Of a stretch of 64,000 nt of DNA, positions 14,901 through 28,647 are shown piece after piece. Origin of the DNA: Camelus ferus (lineage: Eukaryota); NCBI RefSeq assembly GCF_009834535.1, contig NC_045697.1, positions 74,278,001-74,342,000 of the forward strand, given 5' to 3'. A program made the position numbers and the translations under genes. Positions within the stretch are counted from its first letter, which is position 1, and the number at the start of each line of letters is the position of its first letter. The notes under the pieces are model-generated. The model was not told where the DNA came from. It searched no databases and saw only the letters and a program-made list of their open reading frames with translations.

Positions 14901-15540
14901 TATTTCCAAATTCTATCAAGACCCAGCTCAAATACCACTCTCATGAGGACTCTACTCACAGCTAGTGTGTCCTTCCCCAACTGCCCCAATACTACTAAAA
15001 ATCTTGCCACCTAGGATGTCTCAAAGTGCTTTCTCATGGTACTGGAATTTCCTACCTTGAACCATACTTTTTGGGGGGCACATGTGTTATATTCTCTATA
15101 AAACTCTGAGTACTTTAAGGGGAGAGGCTAGCTTTCTTGCCTATCACTTTGCTATTTTGCAAAGTACCACAAAATAACGGCTATAGAATTACTAGAGATC
15201 AAAGCATAATGGTCTTTCCTCTCCTACACAATTTTAAACATTTCCAAAGTCCCTTCGCCAAAAGAAACAAAAAAGAAACTGAAAGTCATCCCCACCCCGC
15301 CAAAACCCTCAAACATCAAAAAGCAAAAACAATACAAAACAAAAAAACACCGCTTTCATGACTGGGGACTTGTACAATGTTCCTATCTGCAACTCTCTTC
15401 GCAATTCTTTATCTGACTTAAACTCAGTACTCCCACTAGATTGTAAACTCCATGTAATCAGGGACTTGTTTTATTCACTGTTATATACCTAGTGCTCGGA
15501 ATTTAATAAATTCTCAAAAAAAATTGTTGACAGAATGAAG
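11990..15540 (+). mobile_element. Cluster of old L2 fragments with MIR/MER insertions
   Basis: Pyrimidine-rich L2-like text and L2 3' ends (ctagattgtaaactcc...cagggacttg; gcactcagtaaatg). Confidence 0.6.
12815..13030. mobile_element. MER5A-like hAT element with an (AAAAC)n expansion at ~12899-12952
   Basis: cagcagc...attacctgggaacctgttagaaat...tttgagaatcactg motifs. Confidence 0.75.
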
Positions 15541-16379
15541 TAGGTTTCGTTTAAATGTCACTTTCTAGGGCTCCTGTGATTTCTCCAACTTAAATTAGGT
15601 ATTCACATATAAATATATGCTTTCCTCTAGATCCCATTTCCCACCCTACATGCCAATCTTCTAAAAAGTCCAAAACTGACCATTTGCATCTGTATGAGAT
15701 GAAGGAAATTGAACTTCATTACGCAGAGTTCAGTATTAGGGTTGCCATCTCATAACGGCTCTAGAAAGCTTTGCCTCTTTTGTCTTTGCAAGCTCTTGCA
15801 ACTCCTTCTAATAAACAACCTTTCAAAGATGCTGCCCTTTTCATTCGTCCACTGAGTTCTGGGTCCTGGATTACACTGATACCTTAGGCACACGTCTGGA
15901 AACGTAGAGGAGGCGGAAAGACCTTGAATCCAAACCAACCAAGTGATAGAGAATCTGAAAATCAGCCGCAGCCACTCAGAAAAGGAATGCCAATCCTCTG
16001 ACTGAAGGCAGGACACCCCGAAGGCCTAGCACGGGGTAAGGTCCTTGACTTGTGAGCCCGAGAGAAGGTGAGGCAGAACGAGGGAGCTGTACAGAAATGT
16101 CATCAAAACCTTCCGAGGAAGGTCCGAGACAGGGTTCCAAGGACCTGGTCCCTGGGGCCGTGCCTCTAGTCCGCGTGCCCCACACGCAACACCCTCACAA
16201 CCCTCAGTGAAAGGGGAGAGTGTTCAGCCTGGGCACTCGACCACCTGCAAATTACGAGGTTCCCCTACAGGGAAGGAGGAAACTAAGAACTCACGGAACA
16301 AACTCTCCCACTTTGCCCCTCGAGAAGGCCTCGAGGCTCCCGGAGGCGGCTGGGAGCCGGGGAGCTCGTCTCAACTCAC

Positions 16380-16500
16380 CGCTCCGCCCGGGTGCTCCGT
16401 CGGTTCCCGGTAGCCAGACGAACCGGTCCTGCACCGGCGGGTTCCGACAGAGAGAAAACAAAGGTTCCCACAGCAGGGTCGACGGGGGAACCTTTTGGCT
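16380..16500 (-). other. INTS12: INTS12 non-coding exon 1 (TSS approximate)
   Basis: Minus-strand donor GCG|gtgagt at 16380/16379 inside the CpG island, facing the coding exons. Confidence 0.65.
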
Positions 16501-16559
16501 GTGCGACGCTGGGAAGTGACGTAATTCCTCTTCCTTCCGGTCCGCCGGATTATGAATGA

Positions 16560-16755
16560 CGGACGGTATCTGCTGTTTCCCTGATGCGCTGCCTGCTGTT
16601 TCTCTCCGGTCTCGTGGGCTGCGAATGGTCCGCGGGTGAAGGCTCCCTGAAGCGGCCTCGCGAATCCCGGCTCCGGCGGGGCGGGAATGCGCTGGCGGCC
16701 CGTGTCGCCGACACATTCACGCACCCTCCCTGCCTGGCCGCGCCTCTGCGACCAG
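16560..16755 (+). other. GSTCD: GSTCD non-coding exon 1 (TSS approximate)
   Basis: Donor CAG|gtaagg at 16755/16756 in the CpG island, upstream of the ATG exon. Confidence 0.7.
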
Positions 16756-19619
16756 GTAAGGAGGGCGCTCGGGCCGCCGGTTCCGCAGTCCCCGCGACCC
16801 CGCCGAGACTCTTCTTTGCATCCGGGGCGACAGGGTCGACGATGCGGGGAAGGATGAGGAGGGTGGAGAAGTCCGGGCCCCTTCTCAGTTTCCCCGAGGC
16901 CAGTCCTCATGGCTTCCTCTAGTGATGGGGAAATGGAACAACTTCCAGTCGCAGGAGTCTGTGGGGTCGTTTGCCATTTGCTGCTTAGGGTAGTTTTAAG
17001 ACCTCTTGGATCGCGCTTTAACTTCTTTTTACCCCCACTTTGTTTTCCATTCTAGCCCTTCCTGATTGGAGAAAGACCTTGTATGTGAATACCTCCTAAC
17101 AGTTGCTCCAAAGAACTTACTTCATTGGGGCCGTTTGTTTCTGTTACACTGTCAAAGCAGTGTTTTACTTTGGTTTTAAACTTCTATAGAAAGTTTGAGT
17201 TAAACTTGCATGAAAATTGCTTTGACTTCAAAAACGTTTACAACTACATGTACTTCCCAAAGCGACTCTACCTGGTTTGGATTAGGTGGCTTCTTTTTTT
17301 CCCCTTTATTCTCAAATGTCATGATCCCTTAATGGCCATCATCCCATTCCTTGTCATAAGTTCTTGAATGTCAAGGAAATGCCAACATTTAATAATATAT
17401 CTTGTGCTAAATTATTGATAAAGTAGGCAGAGTACTACTTTTTTCTAAGCTTATCGAGAAACAGCGTTTAAAGGAGAAAATACCAAAGCTGGCAAGAACT
17501 AGTGGTGTGACAATTTTAAACATTAACTATGGCCATTAAATATTGTGAAAATAAATTCTTTGTTATAAATATAACTGAGTGATTTGCTGTCGTATTTAAT
17601 AAGTACTTAATAAATCACACTCTAAGCTATGTGACTTTTTAAAAAACTGCCTGGTGGATAGTATACACTACTGATGATTGCCTTAAGCATAGTCGTTTGA
17701 AATTATGTTTGAGTCATACTTGAAAGCATCATTTTAAGAAGCCTAACTTCAAAAATCTGTGTCCAAAGCAGTGAGATTTGAAAATTAATCAGTTCCTTTA
17801 TTTGTTTGTTTGTTCTACACTCCTGTTAACATGTTTGCCTGCTCTAAACAAAGCTCAAACTTGAACTTCTGCAGTAGTGGGCCCATCAAGCTTGTTTTTT
17901 TGTGTTTTTTTGGGGGGGTGGGAGGGTCTGGTTTGTTTTTGTTTTAGCCTATGTTTACTTTGTAGCTTTTGTATTGCCTGTGGCTTGAAATAATAAATAC
18001 TGAATATCCAATTGGCCTTTCCAGTAGCAACAATTTAGCAGACCTTGAAGCTTAACAAATTCTGAGGCCAGTCAAATAAAACATCTATAGTATAAACAGC
18101 TCCTTAGTATATGTTGTTTTTATCTTCAGGTTTTCAAAGTAGCCTACTGAATTCTGTTTTGATTAGTACTTGGAAAGCAAGGTTTTAAACCATTTAGATC
18201 ATAATAAGCAGGGGTATTGTTTGCTGTGGGGATTCAGTAATTTTATTTCAGGCTTGCTGATGTGTTTTTAACATGTTAGCATTCATGCTGTAGGTCCTTA
18301 TTAATTATAAGGTCAGGCTTAGCTGCAGGCATTATGATTCTATGGCAACAGATGATTCCCTGATTCTCCAGAGAGAAGATGACACACTTCCCTTATGGCT
18401 AAGGTTATAGTAAGCTTTTTTTACTTTTAAAATCCCCCCCCCATCTTGCCCAAATAAGAAAACAGCTAATTTTAATAATAGAATTTTGTCCTCTAAGACT
18501 TAACGATATATATATTCCCACATTACCTAGTGTAACGAGCACTGAAATAGCTCAGTTTCTTTTCTTTCATTTTTTAACCTTTACTATCTGAAGTAATAGC
18601 TGCTATCTAATGCTGTAGAGACACTTTTTAAAAAATCTATCTTATTGAAAGAAAATAGTGAGATTTACAACCAAGTACTGTGATTTTTAATGTATAAAAC
18701 ACAAGTTAAGTTATAATTTTCATAATGTTGAACATTTGATGTAGTAGGGAATTTAAGTGAGTTTCAATTTTAATCTTTAAGAAAAATAAGAGTTTATAAT
18801 TTTTTCATACTTGTTAACTGCTTTAAACGATTTGTTTTGTACAATATAAGCAGCTATTATTATGTGGACTTAGAGTATCACATTTATATTCTAGCATTTT
18901 GTGACTCCCTGGCTTTCAGCCTCAGTAACAGATTTTTTTTTTTCAATATTTGACTGGAGAAAATCTTTTCAATTCAACATGAATTCCCTTTTCCTGAGAA
19001 GCTTAGAAATATAAAGCATGATTTGAGGCTTACCCGTCAAAATTTGTTTTACAGTGTCAATGGATAAGGAATTTGAGGATAAATTACAAATAAATAATAG
19101 TGTTTATTTTAGGGGCTTACTAATGTGATAGGTGTTGTTTGATTCTCAACATGCTGTATGGTAAATACTGTTATTATTACCCTAATTTAGGAATGAGAAA
19201 ACTAAGGAAAGTTTTATATTGCTAGCTACTAAGTATCAGAACCAAGATTTGAACCCAGTTAGTCAGATCCAGAGTCTAGGTTCTTATCCATTACTTTATA
19301 TTTCTTGATGTATGAATGTTCTACTTGCTAAGTAAATATATAGAATCTAGTTAGGTTCCTAGTTCTCTTGCTTGAATATCAATACACATAAAAATTTCTA
19401 TTCTTTCTCTAGAGGTTTGAGTGGATTCTAGTTATGCTTTTTCCAACTCAGCTTACAGTGGTGAGATTGTTTCTTCAGTTTAATTTATATGTAGTTTGCT
19501 CTTAAAATAGTTTTATTTGTTTGGAAGAGAAAGAATTGTGTCAAGAAGAATGAAGTTCCTGTTGTATCAAGACTAAAGTTCTCAGTAGTACTGTCATTAC
19601 AGGGATTAGTGATACTCAT

Positions 19620-20750
19620 TTATGTACATCCATTCATTTAGTCATTCCTTGAGCTAAAATTTGAAATGCAGTTAAGCATTGGAAATATGTCAGGTAATAA
19701 GTGCTATAAAGAAAAAGAAAGCAGTAGAATAGGTAAGATTATACTGTATAGCACAAGGAAATATATACAAGATCTTGTGGTAGCTCAGAGAAAAAAAAAT
19801 GCGACAATGAATATATGTATGTTCATGTATAACTGAAAAATTGTGCTCTACACTGGAATTTGACACAACATTGTAAAATGACTATAACTCAATAAAAAAA
19901 ATGTTTAAAAAAAGAAAAAGAAAAAGAAAGTGGGGTAAGGGGCTAGGAAGTGATGGGAATGCTCAGAGCAGTCTCTTCAGGTAGCCAGAAGAGACTGCTC
20001 TGAGTTAATACTCAGAGACCTCAGTGAAATGAAGGAGCAAGCCATGTGAATATCTTGGAGAAGAGCACTCTAGGCAGAGGGAATGGCAAGTACAAAAATT
20101 TTAAGTGTGGGAGCACTGCTGGCATCTTCCCAGAACAGTGGGGAGAACTGGCCAGAGAGAAGTGAGCAAGAGGGAGGAGTGGTAAGAGTTCAGGTCAGAG
20201 AAGAAGGACAGCTGGGTCACATCAGGCCCTAGAGACCATGATAGGAAATTTGGATTTTATTCTAAGTGTGCTGGGGATCCATTGGATGGTTGTGAGCAGC
20301 GGACATGCTCTGATTTATGTCTTTAAAGGGTCAGCCTGACTATTGTTGGAGAAGGGACTGTTGTGTGGAGAGTTGGGGAAAATAGTTAATAGGCTTTTGT
20401 GGTGGTCTTTGTAAGAGCTAATGATGACTTAGACTAAGGTGATATTGGTAGAGGTGCTAAGAAGTTAGATTTAGCATATATTTCAAAGGTAGAAATAGGG
20501 TAAGAGAGAAAAGAAAGGTGTTGAGTGAGGCTTCAGAATTATGGACCTGAACATCTGGGTAAATGGTGTTGCCATTTTATCATAAAGGGGACTACTTGAG
20601 AAAAGAAGAACAGGTTTATAAAACTACCCAAGTGAAGATGCCAAGTAGGATATAGGAATCTGAAGTTCAGGGGAAAGGTTGTGGCTGAGATAAATATAGG
20701 AGTCATAGATGTTATTTAAACCTATAGCACTGTAAATCACCTTGGACAGT
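19620..20750 (-). mobile_element. L2 fragment
   Basis: Purine-rich antisense L2 motifs (aggcagagggaa..gcaagtacaaa, tttggattttattctaag). Confidence 0.7.
19722..19916 (+). mobile_element. Young, 5'-truncated L1 3' end inserted into an L2
   Basis: L1 3'UTR plus AATAAA/A-tail; perfect 14-nt TSD AAAGAAAAAGAAAG at 19708-19721 and 19917-19930. Confidence 0.85.
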
Positions 20751-20814
20751 GCTGTTATAGAGTGAGTTGTGGCCCACGGGTCATGGAATCAATTTAGTGA
20801 GTACTAACTGCATT

Positions 20815-20816
<2 letters not shown>

Positions 20817-20845
<29 letters not shown>
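20817..20845. repeat. (AC)n microsatellite
   Basis: Seen directly. Confidence 0.95.
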
Positions 20846-20846
<1 letters not shown>

Positions 20847-23800
20847 CACAGGAGAAGAAAGAAAAAGCAGAGTAAACTATCATATGTATCTCCTGTGGTA
20901 GGGTATCTCTTCATGATTCTTTTGTTTCAGTTGCATTCAGTGTATAATAACTTATATTAGAAAGTTGATTTCTTATTGTGTGGCATGATCAAAAATTTGA
21001 AAGCCAGTAGTCAAAGGAGTGAGTATAAGTTAAGAATAGGGCAAAGCACTGAGCTACAGGTCACTAAGTGGTCTGAGGAGAATCCAATAAAGGAAACTGG
21101 AAAGGAACTACCAAAAAACATAATCCAGTGCTGAGAATTATTAAGTAACTCTGCCTTTAGGATGGAGGGTTTTTTTTAACCAAGGACAATTGCTTAGAAT
21201 AACATATTTCTGATGATTTTCACTTTGGGGAAATTGTTGCTGCAATAAAATTGCTTCAAATATGGTTCAATTTATGAAGTTGATAAAGTAGTGCTATTTA
21301 TATTAGAAAAATACCTGTTCCTTAATGTTGTCAAATAAAATCCCTTTATAGACTCCATTAATGCTTTTGGATTGATATACAGTTCTTATCCATGTAATGA
21401 AAGTAGAATGTACTTTTAAGGATTAAGTAATGTATAAAAGTTGTGTGCTGAGCACATAGTTGGTGGACAATAAAATGTAGGTAATATTATTTAGAATTGT
21501 ATTCTTTGTTCATTTAACATTTATTAAGTTCTTATCAAATTCCAGGCACAGTAATAATTTCTTGTTTAAAAACTAATCAGCTGGTCAATATTTTGTTGCA
21601 GTTATGTACTTTTGGTCTTTATTATATTAATATATAACTTACCTGTTATATAATATTTAGTTGCCATAGATCCAGACTTGAATTTTGAGCACAAAAGTTT
21701 CAAACTGTTTTGCAGCTTCTGGAGAAGTATGCTTTTTCCCCCCAATGTTTATTGTTTTTTTTTTTTTCTTACTCTCTCTCTCTATGTATATGTGTATATA
21801 TACACACACACATACACATATGCACAGAGTAAAGTAGTAAAATGGTTTCAGATAAGAAAACACCTATAAAATTCACCGCCCCTTTCATAGAGGAAAATTT
21901 TATCAACACCAAGATACATTAATTAGAATGAGAATGAAAAAAAAGTCTGAATTCCTAAAATATTAAACCTGTGACTACTTCATTTGTTTGTAAATATCTT
22001 TAAAGTAATGATACCAAGTAATGATACCAAGGCTCAAATATTTTCTTTTTGCCTTTTATTCCCTCTGCAACGTTCCCAAGCAAACTGGCCTGTCCGGGGA
22101 AGAGATGCACACTGCATCAGCTCTGTTCAGCATCTCAAGTTTGTGGTTTTGTCTGCTGCTTTCTCACTCCATCTCAGGAGTAGTTGCAGTGTGGCACCTG
22201 TCAAAGCTGAGAAAGAAAAATGACAGACACTGCTTCTGTGCTTGGCAGGAATGTAATATGGAGTAACAGGAGCTATGCCCCAAGCCTTGTATTGGAGACC
22301 CAAAAGGTGATTCTACAGTACCTACCTTTTTAAAGCTCATGACATAAAAATAATGAGATAAGGAATTCTCTAGTTAGAAATGGAGGGAAAAAGAAAAAAA
22401 AGAAGGGTTTCTTTTCCCTATGGTATCTGCAAACTTTAGGCAAAAACTGTGTTCTACTTTCTTAAAAAATTAAAGACATAGTACAAGACAAAAACATATA
22501 TCAGATTTTTACAGGTTTGCTAATACTGAATATTTATTTTAGAAATTACATTAGTACTTAATGTGGAGAAATAGCCCAGGGAGAGTATTTTTTTTTAACT
22601 CCAACATCATTAAGTAACATTTTTAATCTCCAGGGTGGAGAGGGAAGCCCACCAACATCTATATTAAAAAATAAATGAATTATGATAAGAATCAACAGCA
22701 CTTTGCATTTTCTCTCAGGCATCTCATTAATTTTTAGGTATCTCCATGGGCAGGTTATTGCTGTTCTGGTTTGTTGACATTTGGCACTTATTAAATGCTC
22801 ACAGTGAAAAAAAGTTTGTAGAATGTGTAAAAGTTAATTCTCAAGATTCTTATGTGCTTCAGGAAATGGCAAATATACATGTACTCTAATTTTAAAAAAT
22901 GTTTCCACATACCCTAAATCAAAGGCTGTACGATAGTATGACAGTATGACATTGTTTTTAGTTTTTAGGTTTTTTTTTTTTTAAGTGTTAGCAGGACTAG
23001 ACTCTGTGTCCTATTTCTTAGACAAATGAGGAACTTGATTATGTTTTCTTTCAAATCTACTTCTTAGGGAAGTAAGTGGAGTTTCTTTATAGTTTCCCAC
23101 TGCTAGCAAAGGAAATTAAGAGGATTGGTAAATTAATCAGCAATAGAATTATAGGGGCAAACTCTCCAAAGAGACTACCAGTTTTCTACATAATGTTGAT
23201 TTCTTATGCCTGTGAACTTTAGCAAACACTCTTTAATATTTTGTTTAATCTTTTGTTTTCCAATCAGTTCTAGGTGGGAAAAAAAAATCCAAAAGATAAT
23301 TAACTTAGCTCAGGGAGAAAACTGTTTACATGGGTTAAAGAATTGTGGCTTTTAATTACAGTGGAATAATTTTCCTCTGGATAATCTTTTAAAGAAGTAA
23401 CAAATCATAGTGCAGATCTGTTATGTTTTAAGGAAAGACATATAATATAAAACACTCATTATCAAGAGGTTTTCTAAGGCAGTACTTTACTAATTATATC
23501 CTTTTGTTATAATGGGTTATTAGCCCTTTAACAAAAAAGTTGAGGACCAAAATTAAAGAGTTCTTGACTATTTTGCTTTTGACATTTTAAAAAAAATCTA
23601 AGGAATTTAGAATATAAAGGAAATTTGGTAAGTTGAAGTTTCCTAAAATTTAGGGTACACCAATATTTCAAATACACTTAAAAGAGTTGCGTGTGTACTT
23701 TTTAAAGTCTTTTAAAATATTTTAAAAAATAATTTTAAATATTTTTTCCTTTAATATACCATTATATGGTAAATGCTTTTAAAGGGTGCCATCTAGTGTC

Positions 23801-23974
23801 AGTTTTGGAATTGTGATTTATAGATTAGAACATGGGGAATTTTAGACCCATGAAATGTAGAAATCAAACAAAAAGTCATAATTGACCTAAACCTTAAGGA
23901 CTATGACTTGAAAACACCCATCAATAATTTGACCACAAGATTGTGTATGTTTGCATCTTTAAAATGTGTATTCG

Positions 23975-24910
23975 TCCATGCATTCATTGAATACTTCTTG
24001 ATTATACATATATATGGATATATATATGTGTCTGTGTATATATATCTATATATGTATGTATGCATAGATATATCTCGCCCTGTTTTAGGTGATGCAGTGA
24101 ACAAAGCAAAATTTGTACTCTCTAGAACATTCTATTGGGAAGACAAAATAAATCTATAGTATGTTACAATAGTGATAAGTGCTGTGAAGACAAGCATAAA
24201 AGGGAATAGAAAGGTTTTTTTCAGGTAGTTTGGAAGTTAAATATGGTAGCCAGGGAATATCTCAAGAAGTTAATATTTGAGTAAATACATGAAGGAGGTG
24301 AGAAGGTGTTCAAGGCACTAGAAACATCAAGTACAAAGGCCTTGAGGTGGGTATGTACGTAGTGTTTTAGAGGAACAACAAGCCACATCTGCTGGAGCTG
24401 TGAGCTAAGAGGACAGTTGAACTCAGAGACACAGAAAGAGGATTAGATCAAGGAGATCTTTGCAGGTCATTGCAGGAGATTTGCCTTTTCTCTGAGTAGG
24501 ATGGGAAGACATTAGAGGATTTGAAAAGAGGCATGACATGATCTTATTCCATTTTCAACAATATCACTTTGGTTACTATGTTGAGAATAGACTAGAGGAT
24601 GGAAAGCAGGATTAGGAGGCAATTGCTATAATTCAGAAGAAAGTGATGGCTTGGATGACAGTGGAAGCAATGAAGATGGAATGAAATGATCAGATTCTAG
24701 GTATATGTTGAATGTAGTGCCAAAATAAATTTTTAATGGATTGGTTATGGGGATGGGAAAGAAAAGAGTAATTAAGACTGACTCTAGGTTTTGTCCTGAA
24801 GGATAGTGCCCCATTAACTGAAATGGGGAAGATACATGAGGAGCAGGTTTTGTGGGTAGCAGGAGAATAAGGAACTTGATTTTGGACATGTTAACTTTGA
24901 AATATCTCAG
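23975..24910 (-). mobile_element. L2 fragment with an internal TA-rich repeat
   Basis: cattcattgaatac...tttggacatgttaa L2 motifs. Confidence 0.7.
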
Positions 24911-25494
24911 TCATCAACATCTAAGTTATGAAGAATTTCAAATATGTTTTCTGTTGTGATTCAGCATGCAATAGTTCATCATGTCAAACTCCACTTTAGG
25001 AGAATCCATTTTTCATGAGGGAATGAATATATCCCCCACTCTCCACCCCCAAATATTATATTTTAGGGTCATTAAACAGAAGTAATATGGAAGGACCAGC
25101 ATTAACAAAGCTTCTTATAACTGTTATCCCTAGACACCTCTAGGTATTCTTGGTTATGTCTTACGTCCCATCCTAATCATCTTTTTTTCTGACCATAGTG
25201 AGACCTCAAAGTACTAGACTGGGAGGGTTCTATTGCAAAGCACTTGAGGTATGCTCATTTTAAAGGGGCTGGGTATAAAATCAGCCTTAAGACTGGTTAA
25301 TTGCACAGGGTGGAAATCTTTCTTTTGGAAGCCATTTATTCAGTCCAAGAACAGATTCTTTTAGAAACATACCTATGACAAATCCTTGATGATTTCTAGA
25401 AAAATTCATCTTTTATTTTAGTTTCACAATTACTATGTTCTAAGTCCTATAACCTCTTCAATTTATGCTTCAGGTAACCCAATGAAAGAAGAAA

Positions 25495-25914
25495 ATGAAA
25501 GGCATTAAGAAGAGTCTTACAGAAGAATATCTATACTTGGATTTTTCTCACCACATAGAAGGGTTCATCTTTCCTCTTCATACATCTGTAACTTTATTTT
25601 TGTTATCATACTGTGACTGCAAAATCTTTAAAGTTTGCTTAGTCCCCAACAGAGAAAGCACTGATGTTTTACTACTTAAAAATGTACTGTCTGAGGATGT
25701 TGAAATACAAATTATTTCAAGGCAAGATCTTCCACCAATAGTCCAGAGTTGCTGTTTACCTGCAGTAGTGGAAAGACCAGACAATTTCTGTAGAGCAGGA
25801 CTTGCTGTTGTACTGAGACACATAATCCAGAAATCATATGAAGCAGACCCCTCAAAGAAGGAAATTTTGGAACTTCTGGGTTTTAAGAAGACTTGCTTGA
25901 AAGCCTGTGCTGAA
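25495..25914 (+). CDS. GSTCD: GSTCD first coding exon (exon starts at 25474 with 21 nt of UTR)
   Basis: MKGIKKSLTEEYLYLDFSH...LLGFKKTCLKACAE matches the GSTCD N-terminus. Acceptor ttcag|G, donor GAA|gtaagt. Confidence 0.96.
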
Positions 25915-26521
25915 GTAAGTATAATGTCTCTTTTCTGTTATTTAAAGCCATAAAGTTCACTTGAATATTTATTTTAACTTTCCATTAGAAACTTCAAATT
26001 TAATATACTTAAAAAAACTACAGCAACCAATGAAATAAAGCAGCCCTCTGTGTATACTGATATTTCAGTTCAGTGTTGAAAAACAAGAATTTAAGATTTA
26101 ATTTATGAAGTTTAGAGACATTATTTTTAGGGAATGACTTCTTTTTTTACCTTTTAGTTATGTTAAGGATTTTTAAAGGAAATTTTACATATGATCAGGA
26201 GCGGAAGTAGCAATGTTTCGGAAACCCAGCTGTTTTAGTGGGGAGTGTACTTTAAAGGTTTTGGGAAGCAAGAATTTATTCAGTAAGAGAATACAGAAAG
26301 ATAGTATGTATTATACAGGAGTGCTAAACCTCCATTGTTTAATGTTATCACTTCTGAAGCACTGTAATATATCTCTTGATAGAACATAAAAGCCTCGCCC
26401 AGGGATGGTTTAGCTCAAGACTTAAATACACCAGACCAGTCTTATTTCCCAACAGAAAGTTATTTTTCTTCTAGCTATACTGAAAGTAAATAATCCTGTC
26501 ATTTCTTGTTTTATTTTGTAG

Positions 26522-26989
26522 GTTAGTCAGTGGACCAGGCTATGCGAACTTACCATTCCTTTAGCTGTTGAGAATTTTCTCAAAGAATCTTCTGACCAGC
26601 CCCCAACTATCCCTGCAGAAATATTAGAGCTAGAAAGAAAGCTTAGTGAGCCTGTGAGAGTGCATAACGATGACAAACTCCGGCGGCAGAAGCTGAAGCA
26701 GCAGAAAGCTGCTGGAGTCAGGCCTTCCCTGGCCAAGGAAAAAGCACAGAGCAAGGACCACAGACAGGGGTCATCGGAGGAGATGGACTCTTCCCCTGAG
26801 AGCCTGGAACTGAAAGTGGCCTTCGCGAAGCTCACAGTACACGAGGACCCTGCTCCTGCCAACAGGGAGCCTTCTCACATCAGAAAAGCAAAAGCCTCTG
26901 ACCTTCCACCCCTGGAGCATGTGTTTGCGGAAGGCCTGTACTTCACTCTGGCAGATATTGTGCTCTTGCCTTGTATCCATCACTTCTTG
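26522..26989 (+). CDS. GSTCD: GSTCD exon 3 (468 nt)
   Basis: VSQWTRLCELTIP...VRVHNDDKLRRQK...LEHVFAEGLYFTLADIVLLPCIHHFL. Acceptor tgtag|G, donor TTG|gtaagg. Confidence 0.96.
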
Positions 26990-27009
26990 GTAAGGTTTAC
27001 CAGGAATGG

Positions 27010-27240
27010 GTACACTACTATAAGTTTCAGTCTGTAGGACTGCCCAGGTTTGAATCCCTATTCCGTTTCTTACTATCATTATGCTTCTGGGCAAGTGATT
27101 AATTAATCTTCTCCATTTTCTTATTTGTAAAATAGAGATGATAATAGTACCCATCTAATAGGATCCGTGTGAGGAACAAATGACAAATTGTTGTAAAGTC
27201 TGAACATGTTTTGGCACATGGTTGCTTTCAGTATTGTTAC
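27010..27240 (+). mobile_element. MIR SINE
   Basis: ggtttgaatcc...gggcaagtgattaa...tgtaaaatagagatgataatagtacc. Confidence 0.75.
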
Positions 27241-28613
27241 TAATTATTATGACTTTTAGTTTTGAGTTGCTAAAATGTTAGCAATTGTTATGATTATTAA
27301 TTTTAAATTGCTCTTGTGATTACCTGCTAATATTAGAGGTTCCAGTATTAAAATACCAAAATCTCTTGTCAGCTGTATTTTATAATTAAGTAGTCACTTA
27401 AAATACTAATTTCATTATTTTAGATACTAGTAAATCAGAAAAATTTTACCCTCATCTCTGTGCTCAATAAGATTATATAGCTGGCAGTGGTATTCAGTGT
27501 TGTTGGAGATTATAAATGGAAAGTTTTCTCTCCTAGAACAGGTACATATACATATATATGTGTTTGGGTTTTTTTTTTTTTTTGTCTTTTGTCTTTTGTC
27601 TGTCTTTGTAGGTAAAAAAAAAACAAAAAAAACCCAAGGTACAAATAATATCAGAGTGAACGTGGGAAGCTAGAGCTCTGCAGCTTTCCAGTTGGCTTTC
27701 CAGAGCTGCATTTTTCTGCTTTGAAGCATTTCACCCTTTGCTTTCCTAAGGAATCAGATATCAGATTTCATTCTGATTATACATCACCAGCACTTCAGGA
27801 ATCTCTACTGACAGATGAGAAAAGATTTCTAATGAAAATCTATATATTTGGAGACGAGTTCCTCACTGATAAGTTAGGTGGTATTAATCAATTGGCATTT
27901 TCTTAAAGAATATTTCTCTTCAAAATGGAACCAAAACAATGTTAGAAACCAAAATAACTTCAAAATTAAAGGATATGGAAAAAGAAATACAGGAATCGTT
28001 TAGACATTGATTAGTATTGTAATTGTCATCTGTATTCATGTTGTCCATGGAGCTGGGTGGGAAGAAAATAGACTATTTTCCCCCTAGTCAAATGATTTCT
28101 AAATTCTCTTTATCTCTGATAGTCCTCACCCCCTTAACACCCCACCCCACCCCCATGTGCTTATTACTTACTTTGGTTATTAGAGCAGTCATATTATGCA
28201 CATTATGAAATGCGGTTGGTTTTAATGGCTTCCTGGTCTTCTTAGATAACTGTTTGTTCCTAATTTCATAAAAGTTAAATCAAAGTGGCATAAACATAGT
28301 TCATTCATTTGAGAAATTCATTGAAAGCCTACTACATATGTCAGGCACTGTTTTATGCACTAGGAATACAGTGATGAAGAAGACAGGTATGATCCCAGCC
28401 CATATGGAGTTAATATTCTAATAGGGGAAGATAAAAATGAAAAAGTAGACAAATAAATTACATATATTCAAATAATGGTAAGTGCTACAAGGAAAATAAA
28501 ACAAGGTGACAGAGAAGACTTGAGTACTTGCTTTCAAATGCAACAAAACATAAAAATTTGGATTCACCTGCATAAAGGTGATTTTTAGATCAATATCCAT
28601 ACATACATGCTGG

Positions 28614-28647
28614 GCATTGGTGGTTCAGTGGTAGAATTCTCACCTGC
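28614..28647 (+). pseudogene. 5'-half tRNA-Gly(GCC) retro-fragment
   Basis: GCATTGGTGGTTCAGTGGTAGAATTCTCACCTGC matches tRNA-Gly nt 1-34 with one CpG-type mismatch and stops in the anticodon. Confidence 0.85.

Larger units (their letters stand above)
16000..16980. promoter_or_regulatory. CpG island, bidirectional INTS12/GSTCD promoter
   Basis: Sharp GC/CpG enrichment in AT-rich DNA; divergent first-exon donors at 16380 (-) and 16755 (+). ETS-CRE GGAAGTGACGT 16512-16522, ETS CTTCCGG 16534-16540, GC box GGGGCGGG ~16678-16685. Confidence 0.9.

Noticed and set aside
15976..16922. Several overlapping ORFs in the CpG island
   Set aside because: Stop-poor GC-rich DNA; both genes start translation in downstream exons.
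25578..27154. Minus-strand ORFs over GSTCD exons 2-3
   Set aside because: Antisense shadows of real coding exons.
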